A stretch of 64,000 bases of DNA from Macrostomum lignano (Eukaryota), in contig NIVC01001425.1 of NCBI GenBank assembly GCA_002269645.1, positions 52,666-116,665 on the forward strand, given 5' to 3'. The position numbers and the translations under genes are program-made. This document shows, piece by piece, positions 12,601-25,377 of this stretch; the first letter of the stretch is position 1, and each line of letters begins with the position of its first letter. The notes below the pieces were generated by a model, which was not told the origin of the DNA, did no database searches, and saw only the letters and a program-made list of their open reading frames with translations.

Positions 12601-15600
12601 TTTTAAAATCGACTGTTTTAATTTGTAATTCTTTGACTCCACCCATCAATTTGCCAGCAAAACGGCCAAGCTTCTAGTAGCAGCAACAGCGGCGCTTCGT
12701 CTCGATCAGCCTGGGTTGGCGTGAAGTCTCTTCGCTCCTGGAAGAACCTGGCCCGCCAGCAGCACCAAGAAGAGTCAGCGCCAGCTTCTGCTGTTGAAGA
12801 TGATCAGGATAATACTGACGGTTCCGCTGCGACAGAACAGAGCGGCAGTGTCTGTTGTGAGTCTGGCTTTCTATTTAAAAAATATTTTTAACTTTTAAGA
12901 ACTAAGGATTTCCGCTACTAAAATGTCACAGACGTTCGATTTGGTTTTATTATTTTATTCTTCTTTCCTTCCTTCCTTTAAAGTCCCTGTTGTAAATCTA
13001 AACGAAGCCGCATGAAAAAAAAACTCAAATGACAAATTTTTTTCGTTGAAAAATTATCTTTAGTTTGACACGTAAAATATAAAAATAAGTCAAGGTACTG
13101 AGGAGCTAGAGCAAACATTCCGAGAACTTTTGAGACACCATGGACATTCAAGCCAGGCCGCAGACTCGGGCTGCTTGGGAATGGACACTCAAAATAGGAC
13201 ACCATGGACATTCAAGCCAGGCCGCAGACTCGGGCTGCTTGGGAATGCACAGTCATATAATGTGGAATGGACACTCAAAATAGGACACCATGGACATTCA
13301 AGCCAGGCCGCAGACTCGGGCTGCTTGGGAATGCACAATCATATAATGTGGAATGGACACTCAAAATAGGACACCATGGACATTCAAGCCAGGCCGCAGA
13401 CTCGGGCTGCTTGGGAATGCACAATCATATAATGTGGAATGGACACTCAAAATAGGACACCATGGACATTCAAGCCAGGCCGCAGACTCGGGCTGCTTGG
13501 GAATGCACAATCATATAATGTGGAATGGACACTCAAAATAGGACACCATGGACATTCAAGCCAGGCCGCAGACTCGGGCTGCTTGGGAATGCACAGTCAT
13601 ATAATGTGGAATGGACACTCAAAATAGGACACCATGGACATTCAAGCCAGGCCGCAGACTCGGGCTGCTTGGGAATGCACAATCATATAATGTGGAATGG
13701 ACACTCAAAATAGGACACCATGGACATTCAAGCCAGGCCGCAGACTCGGGCTGCTTGGGAATGCACAGTCATATAATGTGGAATGGACACTCAAAACGGG
13801 ACACCATGGACATTCAAGCCAGGCCGCAGACTCGGGCTGCTTGGGAATACACAATCATATAATGTGGAATGGACACTCAAAATAGGACACCATGGACATT
13901 CAAGCCAGGCTGCAGACTCGGGCTGCTTGGGAATACACAATCATATAATGTGGAATGGACACTCAAAATAGGACACCATGGACATTCAAGCCAGGCCGCA
14001 GACTCGGGCTGCTTGGGAATGCACAATCATATAATGTGGAATGGACACTCAAAATAGGACACCATGGACATTCAAGCCAGGCCGCAGACTCGGGCTGCTT
14101 GGGAATGCACAATCATATAATGTGGAATGGACACTCAAAATAGGACACCATGGACATTCAAGCCAGGCCGCAGACTCGGGCTGCTTGGGAATGCACAATC
14201 ATATAATGTGGAATGGACACTCAAAATAGGACACCATGGACATTCAAGCCAGGCCGCAGACTCGGGCTGCTTGGGAATGCACAATCATATAATGTGGAAT
14301 GGACACTCAAAATAGGACACCATGGACATTCAAGCCAGGCCGCAGACTCGGGCTGCTTGGGAATGCACAATCATATAATGTGGAATGGACACTCAAAATA
14401 GGACACCATGGACATTCAAGCCAGGCCGCAGACTCGGGCTGCTTGGGAATGCACAATCATATAATGTGGAATGGACACTCAAAATAGGACACCATGGACA
14501 TTCAAGCCAGGCCGCAGACTCGGGCTGCTTGGGAATGCACAATCATATAATGTGGAATAGACACTCAAAATGGGAAAAAGCCATTCAAAACGGGAATTCG
14601 CCCAATTTAATGTATTGTTTTATATCTTGAGGCCACTGGAATATTTAAAAGTGAACAAAGTCTTCGTTACCGGAAGCAAAACAAAAGTAACTCAGAACTC
14701 CCTGATCTTCAGGAAAGGATTTTCATCGAGTTTCTCAACCAATAATTCAGAATTCAGGGACAGAGAGCTAGAAAATCTCAGTCCGATTCCCAATAGTCTA
14801 TGGCCAAGCCTCCCTCAGTAGACTCTGCTAAACTGCTAAAGTCCATGACTAGGGTGAGATCTGCGGCCTGGCTTGAATGTCTATGGCGTCCCGTTTTGAT
14901 TGTCCAAATTGCCATTTAGATCCTCAAAAGCGATGTTAGAATAGTGATTTGATTTATATGAAGAAATCAATTCTTTTTATTTAACCCCGACAGCCAATCA
15001 GCAGGCGGTCAGCAACGGACATCCGGCGACAGTTGGCTTCGCCTTCAACGAAGACCTGCTTTGCCAGCACGGCAATCTCTGCTGCGAGACTGGCCGGCGC
15101 CGCCTCCTACCGGAGGAGATCTGGCACAGATTAGCTGCTTACTTCCCGAACTGTCCGGTTTATTGGCACGATGCCAAGCCCTGTCCGGTGTGCTCTGATC
15201 AGCGGGCCAGGCTGACTAGTCGGGCTCAGGCCGAGACCGACCGGCTGTTCCACCTGTCCGCACACCTGAAGCGCCACCGGCCAACTGGCAGCGGGCCTCA
15301 GCGCCTGTTGAGCCTGGCCGACTGCGCCGGCCGCAAGATTTATTACGCCGACGCAGAATTTCTTGTCCAATGGCGTCGTTTTGTGGTTGCCGCTGCGGTC
15401 GCCGCCGCCGAGGAGGAATCGACAGCGACGCCGCTGACTGAGCCACCAGGCGGCCCGGTGCCGAACTCCGGTCACCTGTGCCCGCACGGCCGCCTGCTCT
15501 GCCGGCCAGACTCGGCCGACTCTGGCCTTGTCGCCCTGACCCAAGACGAATGGCTGGCTTTAGTCGACGCCTATTCCAGCGACGGTGTTGAAATCTGCCG

Positions 15601-16399
15601 CCTAGAGGACGACTCCTGCCAGCCGCCCGTCTGCGACGAATGCCTCGACTCAGCGGCCGATGCCGCATCAGCAGGCGACGCCGGCGACGCGGCCGGTGGG
15701 GAAGTTGGCGACGCTGGCGCCGGATTTAAAATGACAATCTACGTGAGGGTAGCCGAGGATGCCCGGGGATCTGTGCGGCCCGGCGGGTACGCCGCTAGCA
15801 CGCGTTCGAGCGCCGGCAGGAAGCGAGCGGCCACCTCGGCGGCTTCGACCGATCAGTCGGCCACCGCGGATGCCGCCGCTGACGAGGGCGGCGTCGGCAA
15901 TGGTATTAAGTCACCGCCGACGAAGTGCGCCAAATCTGCTCAGCAGCAACCGCAGCCATGGAGGTCGTCCAGAATTCGTCGCAAGCCAACCGACAAACGA
16001 TTCGACATCGATTCGGAAGCCACTGTGCAAGATTTAAAGCTGCGACTCATGGAAGCCTACGGTGTCGCTCCGTACGATCAGCACCTGCTGGTTGACGGTC
16101 GCGAGCTCGAGCCGGCTAAGGCTCAGCTGCGCCATCTCGGCCTGGGCCCCGGCTCCGTTGTTGACGCCGCTTTCGACCTGCCGCCGGGCTCTGAAGATGC
16201 CGCAGCCGTTACCGGCGCCGGCTTGTCGCTAAGGCGCGGCGGCGGCAACGATTCAACGTTAACAGAGGCGGCATCGGCAACTGGGCCGAATGAAATTGAG
16301 ATCGGCTTTAGCGGCACTCGACTGTTCGAGGCGGCGCCGCCGGCTGCCGCTGCTCCGGTGGCAGTGGCCGCTGAAGCCCAGGAGACTCTCGAAAGCTAG
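6618..16399 (+). CDS. USP48: Ubiquitin-specific protease 48; exons 6618-7315, 8907-9285, 10082-10537, 11400-11828, 12658-12856, 14994-16399 (~1188 aa)
   Basis: N-terminal WSWTESVEP...CRGNCRQNPCCL, Cys box GLTNYGNTCYLNS, His box GGHYVA...NDS, repeated CPHG (DUSP-like) motifs, WVGVKSLRSW, FNEDLLCQHG and a C-terminal ubiquitin-like domain (TVQDLKLRLMEAYGVAPYDQHL). All five GT-AG introns are phase-compatible. Confidence 0.92.
7365..8050. repeat. 33-bp minisatellite (cctgtctaaatctgccagagaatctaccccaca), USP48 intron 1
   Basis: Tandem copies; accounts for spurious ORFs 7588-8091. Confidence 0.95.
8060..8817. repeat. 31-bp minisatellite (ccagaccgtttttaatctgccacagaaacta), USP48 intron 1
   Basis: About 24 tandem copies. 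Confidence 0.95.
9318..10020. repeat. 30-bp minisatellite (tgttaatcctgtctgtagattatggtgggg), USP48 intron 2
   Basis: Tandem copies with degenerate ends. Confidence 0.95.
10780..11210. repeat. 22-bp minisatellite (tgagcagtttcagcttctctca), USP48 intron 3
   Basis: About 19 copies plus degenerate flanks. Confidence 0.95.
11881..12520. repeat. 37-bp minisatellite (gagattagcaacagcagctcacctgaagaccatgttt), USP48 intron 4
   Basis: About 16 near-perfect copies. Confidence 0.95.
13132..14570. repeat. 86-bp tandem repeat, USP48 intron 5, with a diverged inverted solo copy at ~14860-14906
   Basis: About 17 near-identical copies; the ORF track shows identical 62-aa ORFs every 86 bp. Confidence 0.97.
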
Positions 16400-16540
16400 A
16401 AACTTAAGTGTACATGCAACCCGTTGTATAGTTACTCTAGAGTTCTATTTTTTTACGAACTGGATAAGAAATAGTCCGTAAAAAGTTGAGCGCTCGAAAT
16501 TTCCAAGGTATTTTGTTTTCTGTGTTTAACAAAAGCTTTG

Positions 16541-18605
16541 TAGTTTAGAGAATTTCCCACCGGAAGTGAGTGTACAGTTTCATAATCTACCTTAAGAGGG
16601 GTACTCGTAGGTTTAGAGAATTTCCCACCGGAAGTGAGTGTACAGTTTCATAATATACCGGAAGAGGGGTACTCGTAGGTTTAGAGAATTGCCAACCGGA
16701 AGTGAGTGTACAGTTTCATAATCTACCTTAAGAGGGGTACTCGTAGGTTTAGAGAATTGCCAACCGGAAGTGGGTGTACAGTTTCATAATCTACCTTAAG
16801 AGGGGTACTCGTAGGTTTAGAGAATTGCCAACCGGAAGTGGGTGTACAGTTTCATAATCTACCTTAAGAGGGGTACTTGTAGGTTTAGAGAATTGCCAAC
16901 CGGAAGTGAGTGTACAGTTTCATAATCTACCTTAAGAGGGGTACTCGAAGGTTTAGAGAATTGCCAACCGGAAGTGGGTGTACAGTTTCATAATCTACCT
17001 TAAGAGGGGTACTCGTAGGTTTAGAGAATTGCCAACCGGAAGTGAGTGTACAGTTTCATAATCTACCTTAAGAGGGGTACTTGTAGGTTTAGAGAATTGC
17101 CAACCGGAAGTGAGTGTACAGTTTCATAATCTACCTTAAGAGGGGTACTCGTAGGTTTAGAGAATTTCCCACCGGAAGTGAGTGTACAGTTTCATAATAT
17201 ACCGGAAGAGGGGTACTCGTAGGTTTAGAGAATTGCCAACCGGAAGTGAGTGTACAGTTTCATAATCTACCTTAAGAGGGGTACTCGTAGGTTTAGAGAA
17301 TTGCCAACCGGAAGTGGGTGTACAGTTTCATAATCTACCTTAAGAGGGGTACTCGTAGGTTTAGAGAATTGCCAACCGGAAGTGGGTGTACAGTTTCATA
17401 ATCTACCTTAAGAGGGGTACTCGTAGGTTTAGAGAATTGCCAACCGGAAGTGGGTGTACAGTTTCATAATCTACCTTAAGAGGGGTACTCGTAGGTTTAG
17501 AGAATTGCCAACCGGAAGTGGGTGTACAGTTTCATAATCTACCTTAAGAGGGGTACTCGTAGGTTTAGAGAATTGCCAACCGGAAGTGGGTGTACAGTTT
17601 CATAATATACCGGAAGAGGGGTACTCGTAGGTTTAGAGAATTGCCAACCGGAAGTGAGTGTACAGTTTCATAATCTACCTTAAGAGGGGTACTCGTAGGT
17701 TTAGAGAATTGCCAACCGGAAGTGGGTGTACAGTTTCATAATCTACCTTAAGAGGGGTACTCGTAGGTTTAGAGAATTGCCAACCGGAAGTGGGTGTACA
17801 GTTTCATAATCTACCTTAAGAGGGGTACTCGTAGGTTTAGAGAATTGCCAACCGGAAGTGGGTGTACAGTTTCATAATCTACCTTAAGAGGGGTACTCGT
17901 AGGTTTAGAGAATTGCCAACCGGAAGTGGGTGTACAGTTTCATAATCTACCTTAAGAGGGGTACTCGTAGGTTTAGAGAATTGCCAACCGGAAGTGGGTG
18001 TACAGTTTCATAATCTACCTTAAGAGGGGTACTCGTAGGTTTAGAGAATTGCCAACCGGAAGTGGGTGTACAGTTTCATAATCTACCTTAAGAGGGGTAC
18101 TCGTAGGTTTAGAGAATTGCCAACCGGAAGTGGGTGTACAGTTTCATAATATACCGGAAGAGGGGTACTCGTAGGTTTAGAGAATTGCCAACCGGAAGTG
18201 AGTGTACAGTTTCATAATCTACCTTAAGAGGGGTACTCGTAGGTTTAGAGAATTGCCAACCGGAAGTGGGTGTACAGTTTCATAATCTACCTTAAGAGGG
18301 GTACTCGTAGGTTTAGAGAATTGCCAACCGGAAGTGGGTGTACAGTTTCATAATCTACCTTAAGAGGGGTACTCGTAGGTTTAGAGAATTGCCAACCGGA
18401 AGTGGGTGTACAGTTTCATAATCTACCTTAAGAGGGGTACTCGTAGGTTTAGAGAATTGCCAACCGGAAGTGGGTGTACAGTTTCATAATCTACCTTAAG
18501 AGGGGTACTCGTAGGTTTAGAGAATTGCCAACCGGAAGTGGGTGTACAGTTTCATATTCTACCGGAAGTGAGTACTCTTAGGTTCAAAAGAATTGCCAAC
18601 CGGAA
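16541..18605. repeat. 68-bp tandem repeat downstream of USP48
   Basis: About 30 copies of gtaggtttagagaattgccaaccggaagtgggtgtacagtttcataatctaccttaagaggggtactc. Confidence 0.97.
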
Positions 18606-19369
18606 ATATTCAACAGGTGCTTAGTTACTAAATTAACGCCTTATGTGAAGACCTTATAATAGAAAGTGAAACTCAGCTCAATAGGATTAAGGTTTACTGA
18701 CTTAGAAATCAGTAATTTAATAATAATTTGACCTATCAAAATATTTTACTTCTTTGGTTCTGTTTTATCGGTACATTAGTTTGCCGAAAATTGCGCCTTG
18801 GCTGCCTTCTGTTTATTTGTTCGGCTATCTGCTGCTGTAATAACTTATCGTAAAGCTCTGTAATGTAATATCAATTTTCATTTTTTTTGTCTCATTGATG
18901 ATTGACCAGGCTAGACTAAGTTTACTTATTTATAATCAGTTTACCAAAGAAAATGTCCATCAGAATATGCTGGTACTTTTGTCATATTTTTATACCTGCT
19001 GTACAATTTCAAGTTGAAAAAAAAAATGAACGCATATATAGGCATACCTTTGCATTGTTATACACTATAAATACAAACATGGCATTTAACCGCTGCTGTG
19101 TCAGTCTCCCAAGTATGCTGGCGCTGCATCAGGTTGCTGCGCTAAGTACAAACTTTAGCGTTTTATTTTTCCTAGTTTGCTTCTGTAACATCCCCAATCG
19201 CGATTGTTTCATTCATTTACATCGCAGCTAACAGTTTTGCAATAACCCAAAATTGTTTCACACAAAAAAATTCACTGCTAATGTAACTCTGCTTGTCTGT
19301 GGACTTTCTGCTTTCACTGGTTTTTTCAAGTTGCTTATGAGTACTAGGGTAATTTTTGTGGGTCATCTC

Positions 19370-20460
19370 TATGAGGGCTCCTTGATCAGTATCAGGTGTG
19401 CTGTAGTGGGCTGTCTCTATGAGAGCTCCTTGATCAATATCAGGTGTGCTGCAGTGGACTGTCTCTCTCTATGGGAGCTCCTTGATCAGTATCAGGTGTG
19501 CTGTAGTGGGCTGTCTCTATGAGAGCTCCTTGATCAGTATCAGGTGTGCTGCAGTGGACTGTCTCTCTCTATGGGAGCTCCTTGATCAGTATCAGGTGTG
19601 CTGCAGTGGACTGTCTCTCTCTATGAGAGCTCCTTGATCAGTATCAGGTGTGCTGCAGTGGACTGTCTCTCTCTATGAGAGCTCCTTGATCAGTATCAGG
19701 TGTGCTGTAGTGGACTGTCTCTCTCTATGAGAGCTCCTTGATCAGTATCAGGTGTGCTGCAGTGGACTGTCTCTCTCTATGAGAGCTCCTTGATCAGTAT
19801 CAGGTGTGCTGCAGTGGACTGTCTCTCTCTTTGAGAGCTCCTTGATCAGTATCAGGTGTGCTGCAGTGGACTGTCTCTCTCTATGAGAGCTCCTTGATCA
19901 GTATCAGGTGTGCTGTAGTGGACTGTCTCTCTCTATGAGAGCTCCTTGATCAGTATCAGGTGTGCTGCAGTGGACTGTCTCTCTCTATGAGAGCTCCTTG
20001 ATCAGTATCAGGTGTGCTGCAGTGGACTGTCTCTCTCTATGAGAGCTCCTTGATCAGTATCAGGTGTGCTGCAGTGGACTGTCTCTCTATGAGAGCTCCT
20101 TGATCAGTATCAGGTGTGCTGCAGTGGACTGTCTCTCTCTATGAGAGCTCCTTGATCAGTATCAGGTGTGCTGCAGTGGACTGTCTCTCTCTATGAGAGC
20201 TCCTTGATCAGTATCAGGTGTGCTGTAGTGGACTGTCTCTCTCTATGAGAGCTCCTTGATCAGTATCAGGTGTGCTGCAGTGGACTGTCTCTCTCTATGA
20301 GAGCTCCTTGATCAGTATCAGGTGTGCTGCAGTGGACTGTCTCTCTCTATGAGAGCTCCTTGATCAGTATCAGGTGTGCTGTTGTGGACTGTTTCTGTCT
20401 TTGAGAGCTTCTTGATCAGTATCAGGTGTGCTGTTGTGGGCTGTCTCTATGAGAGCTCCT
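19370..20460. repeat. 52-bp tandem repeat (gagagctccttgatcagtatcaggtgtgctgcagtggactgtctctctctat)
   Basis: About 21 copies with a variable (ct)n tract. Confidence 0.97.
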
Positions 20461-20639
20461 TTAGTCAAATCTGCTAGGTCTACTGTAGGGCTTGAAGAGT
20501 AGGTTAGGGTTCAATATCTGCTATTTAAAGCCAGTATTATCGTAAGGACTGTAGTATAACTGATTTGTTTTAATTGTCAAGCTAAGCTTCTGTTATTGCT
20601 GTTTTTCATGCTAAGCTAAGCCTGTCAATCATCTGTTCC

Positions 20640-22253
20640 ATGGCTGCCAGCTGTTCCAACACGCCAGCCACTAGGAGTTCAAAGTGTCCATCCTCGCGTA
20701 CTTCATCGGAGAGAACCGCCGATGATGATGATTTTCTAGTGATTGCGGCCGACTCAGACGATCAGAGCGAGGATGGTTGCCATGGCAACAATTTTGCCCC
20801 TAGTACCGATTCCGACAGTTCAAATTGGCGCCAATTTCTTAGTCATTTGAAGGAGCAACAGGCCAAAGAATTTGCCGCCGCTAAAGAGGACTGCCAGCGC
20901 CGCTTAGAAGCGCACACGGAACTGGCGCGGGAGGCGCAGCGCCAACTGCAGGTAAGAGAACTTGGGGTTATGATGGTGAGGATTGTGAATGGTGAGGATT
21001 GTGAATGGTGAGAACTGTGAATGGTGAGGACTGTGAATGGTGAGGACTGTGAATGGTGAGGACTGTGAATGGTGAGGACTGTGAATGGTGAGGATTGTGA
21101 ATGGTGAGGATTGTGAATGGTGAGGATTGTGAATAGTGAGGATTGTGAATGGTGAGGACTGTGAATGGTGAGGATTGTGAATGGTGAGGATTGTGAATGG
21201 TGAGGATTGTGAATGGTGAGGACTGTGAATGGTGAGGATTGTGAATTGTGAAGACTGTGAATGGTGAGGACTGTGAATGGTGAGGATTGTGAAAGGGGAT
21301 GATTGTGAATTGTGAGGACTGGGAATGGTGAGGATTGTGAAAGGTGATGATTGTGAAAGGTGATGATTGTGAAAGGGGATGATTGTGAAAGGTGATGATT
21401 GTGAATTGTGAGGACTGTGAATGGTGAGGATTGTGAATGGTGAGGACTGTGAATGGTGAGGATTGTAAATGAGGAGGATTGTGAATGGTGAGGATTGTGA
21501 ATGGTGAGGACTGTGAATGGTGAGGATTGTAAATGAGGAGGATTGTGAATGGTGAGGACTGTGAATGGTGAGGACTGTGAATGGAGAAGACTGTGAATTT
21601 TTGAGGATTGTGGAAGTTGGATTTGCAAAATTGGATCAGTTTTCCTGTGAATGGCAAGGATTACGAGTTCTAGTCCGTGATTGCCAGTCTCCAAGGCACA
21701 GAGTGTGCAAAAAGCATGCCCGACTGTGCCGGGGCCGCTGTACACCCGTGTGAGTGCGTGCTCAGTGGTCAGCGGAATGTGGCATTACTGCTGGCCTCGC
21801 TGGCTGCAGTCTGACTGTCGCCTTGGTGGTTTGCGCCAGTGCCTGAAAGCCCTTCTGAAAAATGAACTAATTAACTTGCTAATGTAACACGCACAGGCGG
21901 CTAAGCGAGCGCACGAACAGGAGAGCGCACTCTGGAGTAGCCAGCTGCTGTCTATCAGGCAGCGCCAGCCTCATCAAGACCGGGAGGAGCCTCCGCTGCT
22001 GGCCCGTTCAGCGCCATCCATCGAGCTGTCAGCGAGTCTGGGCAGGTCTCCCCCTTCTCCGTCCCTGCCGTCGCTTGCGGCGCCTCATTCTAAATTGGCG
22101 ATTAGAAATCTGCGAATGCAAATCGACTGCCTGTGCCAGCGACTTCGCCAAATGGAGGCCCAGCTGGCCGATCGGGATCGGCGACTCGTCCTGGCCGAAG
22201 CTGAACGAGATCGACTTCGACGCCAAGTGAACGAACTGACTAATGCCGGGTAG
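20640..22253 (+). CDS. Uncharacterised coiled-coil protein, exons 20640-20951 and 21897-22253 (~222 aa)
   Basis: A phase-0 cag|gtaag...cacag intron joins two frames with heptad-like segments (LKEQQAKEFAAAKEDCQRRLE; LCQRLRQMEAQLADRDRRL); TAG at 22251-22253. Confidence 0.7.
20985..21595. repeat. 16-bp minisatellite (gtgaatggtgagga[t/c]t), intronic
   Basis: Tandem copies; accounts for the His/Ser-rich spurious - strand ORFs. Confidence 0.95.
21695..21830 (+). mobile_element. Diverged fragment of the tRNA-derived SINE family seen at 38824
   Basis: Shares ccaaggcaca, ggggccgctgtacac...gtgtgagtg and cagcggaatg with the copies at 30398, 38824 and 45387. Confidence 0.55.
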
Positions 22254-22437
22254 CGCTGAGACTTCAGCCAATTCAATCTACAGATACTAGAATAACTAGA
22301 TATGTCCACTTGCAATGAAGTTCGTGAAAAAGTAGAGCGTCTACTTTTTTATTCAGTAGCTTGTCTGCACAGTGTCACTTAAATTTAATGTGGCAGCTCA
22401 AAATTTCCTTTCCTTCGGGGTCTGCGGCTTCAGGAGC

Positions 22438-23780
22438 ATCTAGGGGGCAGGCCCAATCTAGCCCAGCCAATGAGAGGGCAGTTAGGAGAGAGGTCAAAGT
22501 CAAATGGACGAAATTAAGTCTAGGGGGCAGGCCCAATCTAGCCCAGCCAATGAGAGGGCAGTTAGGAGAGAGGTCAAAGTCAAATGGACGAAATTAAGTC
22601 TAGGGGCAGGCCCAATCTAGCCCAGCCAATGAGAGGGCAGTTAGGAGAGAGGTCAAAGTCAAATGGACGAAATTAAGTCTAGGGGGCAGGCCCAATCTAG
22701 CCCAGCCAATGAGAGGGCAGTTAGGAGAGAGGTCAAAGTCAAATGGACGAAATTAAGTCTAGGGGGCAGGCCCAATCTAGCCCAGCCAATGAGAGGGCAG
22801 TTAGGAGAGAGGTCAAAGTCAAATGGACGAAATTAAGTCTAGGGGGCAGGCCCAATCTAGCCCAGCCAATGAGAGGGCAGTTAGGAGAGAGGTCAAAGTC
22901 AAATGGACGAAATTAAGTCTAGGGGGCAGGCCCAATCTAGCCCAGCCAATGAGAGGGCAGTTAGGAGAGAGGTCAAAGTCAAATGGACGAAATTAAGTCT
23001 AGGGGACAGGCCCAATCTAGCCCAGCCAATGAGAGGGCAGTTAGGAGAGAGGTCAAAGTCAAATGGACGAAATTAAGTCTAGGGGGCAGGCCCAATCTAG
23101 CCCAGCCAATGAGAGGGCAGTTAGGAGAGAGGTCAAAGTCAAATGGACGAAATTAAGTCTAGGGGGCAGGCCCAATCTAGCCCAGCCAATGAGAGGGCAG
23201 TTAGGAGAGAGGTCAAAGTCAAATGGACGAAATTAAGTCTAGGGGGCAGGCCCAATCTAGCCCAGCCAATGAGAGGGCAGTTAGGAGAGAGGTCAAAGTC
23301 AAATGGACGAAATTAAGTCTAGGGGACAGGCCCAATCTAGCCCAGCCAATGAGAGGGCAGTTAGGAGAGAGGTCAAAGTCAAATGGACGAAATTAAGTCT
23401 AGGGGACAGGCCCAATCTAGCCCAGCCAATGAGAGGGCAGTTAGGAGAGAGGTCAAAGTCAAATGGACGAAATTAAGTCTAGGGGGCAGGCCCAATCTAG
23501 CCCAGCCAATGAGAGGGCAGTTGGGAGAGAGGTCAAAGTCAAATGGACGAAATTAAGTCTAGGGGGCAGGCCCAATCTAGCCCAGCCAATGAGAGGGCAG
23601 TTAGGAGAGAGGTCAAAGTCAAATGGACGAAATTAAGTCTAGGGGGCAGGCCCAATCTAGCCCAGCCAATGAGATGGCAGTTAGGAGAGAGGTCAAAGTC
23701 AAATGGACGAAACTCAGTCTAGGGAAGAGGCCAAATCTAGCCCAGATAATGAGAGAGCAGTAAGGAGAGAGGTCAAAGTT
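22438..23780. repeat. 80-bp tandem repeat
   Basis: About 16 near-perfect copies; period confirmed at 22441 and 22521. Confidence 0.97.
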
Positions 23781-25377
23781 TGACACAAGCGGACAATAGA
23801 AAAGCCAAACTATTAATCTGTCTGGCTGGGGCTGGGGCACCACCCTTTTTAGCTCTCGTGCTCGCTATGCTCGCGCACTGGATTGAATTTTTAATTTTTC
23901 CCCACAATCCCTTCTTTAAATTCTGTTCATCTGAGACATTTTGGAGACGGAAAAAACAGGAAGAAGATGCTAATTTAATGGGAAATCAGAGCCTCAGAAG
24001 CGATTGCTGTAGCTTCAAAAATTTGAATTAATTATTGATAAAGGTATATTTAAACTTTTTTACCTTTATAATATTATAAAGATAAAAAACGCTAGTTTTG
24101 CTACTGAGTAGATAAGCGGATTTTTTGCGAGTGACGTGTCTAGTTATTCTAATATATAGTATCTGTGATTTATTCGAAACTCATACGTTTACGACAAGAC
24201 TTTCCAGGCTTTCCAGGAATGTAAAATTGTATTCAGCAATTCTTTTAGCTGTAATAAGTGCCTTTGAGAAGGTCACCTTGCTATATTCGATTGTTATGAT
24301 AATTATCTGAAGCTTTGCTTTCTCTCTGCGATATTTTAAATTCGTATGTGAATATTAAAATATGAAACTTTCCTTAGTACAGTAAGTACAGTCTTGGTAT
24401 TCCTGTTGTCATTGTTGTGCGAATCAGAGCCACGAGGGCCAACCCTGTTCTGTGTTACAAGTTCAAATGGTCACGAATGCTTATGTAAGATATTATTTGT
24501 ATTACGCTATTCTTTTTATACATGTACGCTTTGATCTTTCATTTTTGTACACGTAACAATCACTTTGTTCAACTTCATGGCCCGTAGTCTGTGATTAGAT
24601 ATTTTATTGTATTTAACTTTTATTTGCCCACGTGTAACTAGTATTTCTTTTGTCAATGTAACTGTAATCAAGCCGGTTAAGAAATTTAGGAGTTATATCC
24701 GAATTTTTCTACTGTGGTTAGTAGCGCGCAAAGATTTTTTCAGTAGTAGTGATTCAGATAGGCACAAATAGATGGTTGATTATTTTGGTTACACATGTAA
24801 ATAGCCTTAGAAGTAGTAGGAATAAACAAGTGAATTATAGATTTGTTTAAGTGCTATAAAATTAAATAGTCAGTTTAACGAGGACGCGATCTTTCTCTCA
24901 TTTCTAGTTCAACCTTGAATATTCACAGTTAAACTAGAAATTTAACTAGGAATGGGCTTCAATTTTATTAAGCTGGGAGTGCAGATTGGACTGCAAGTTA
25001 TCCGCTTGATTGTCTTTATTGTCTATGGCCGATAGCAGTTTTGTGGCAGTGGCTGCTACTGCCGCTAATAGGGATTATCCGGCCACTTAATCGGCTTAAT
25101 AAAGATCAAATGAACTGATACAATCAGTAGTGAAATAGATGTGTACATATAAACGGCTTTTCAAATTCGGTGATTGAATTAAATAACAATCGACAATGTG
25201 CACCAAATAGTTATTTAAATTGGTTCAACAAAACAGTGAATAGTACCGGTCTTATGTCTTATTTATTTGTTCAATTTTTACTTTGAACCAGAGAATTCTA
25301 AGAAGTCTTAGATTTGATGATATTGTATTTTTAGCGCTTGTGTATGGGACTTGGGATTCTCAATCCGTTTATTGGTT

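Noticed and set aside
13130-14630. Series of identical 62-aa ORFs suggesting a peptide gene array
   Set aside because: By-product of an 86-bp repeat (not a multiple of 3) inside USP48 intron 5.
20843-21745. His/Ser-rich - strand ORFs
   Set aside because: Antisense reading of the 16-bp intronic array.
11881-23780. CRISPR-like regular repeats (37, 52, 68, 80, 86 bp)
   Set aside because: Head-to-tail units with no unique spacers, no cas genes and a eukaryotic context.
22438-23780. Hammerhead-like ggacgaaa...gtc, plus DR1-like aggtcaaagtca and CCAAT motifs, in the 80-bp unit
   Set aside because: The CUGAUGA core and stems I/II are missing. The transcription-factor motifs are short and unsupported.
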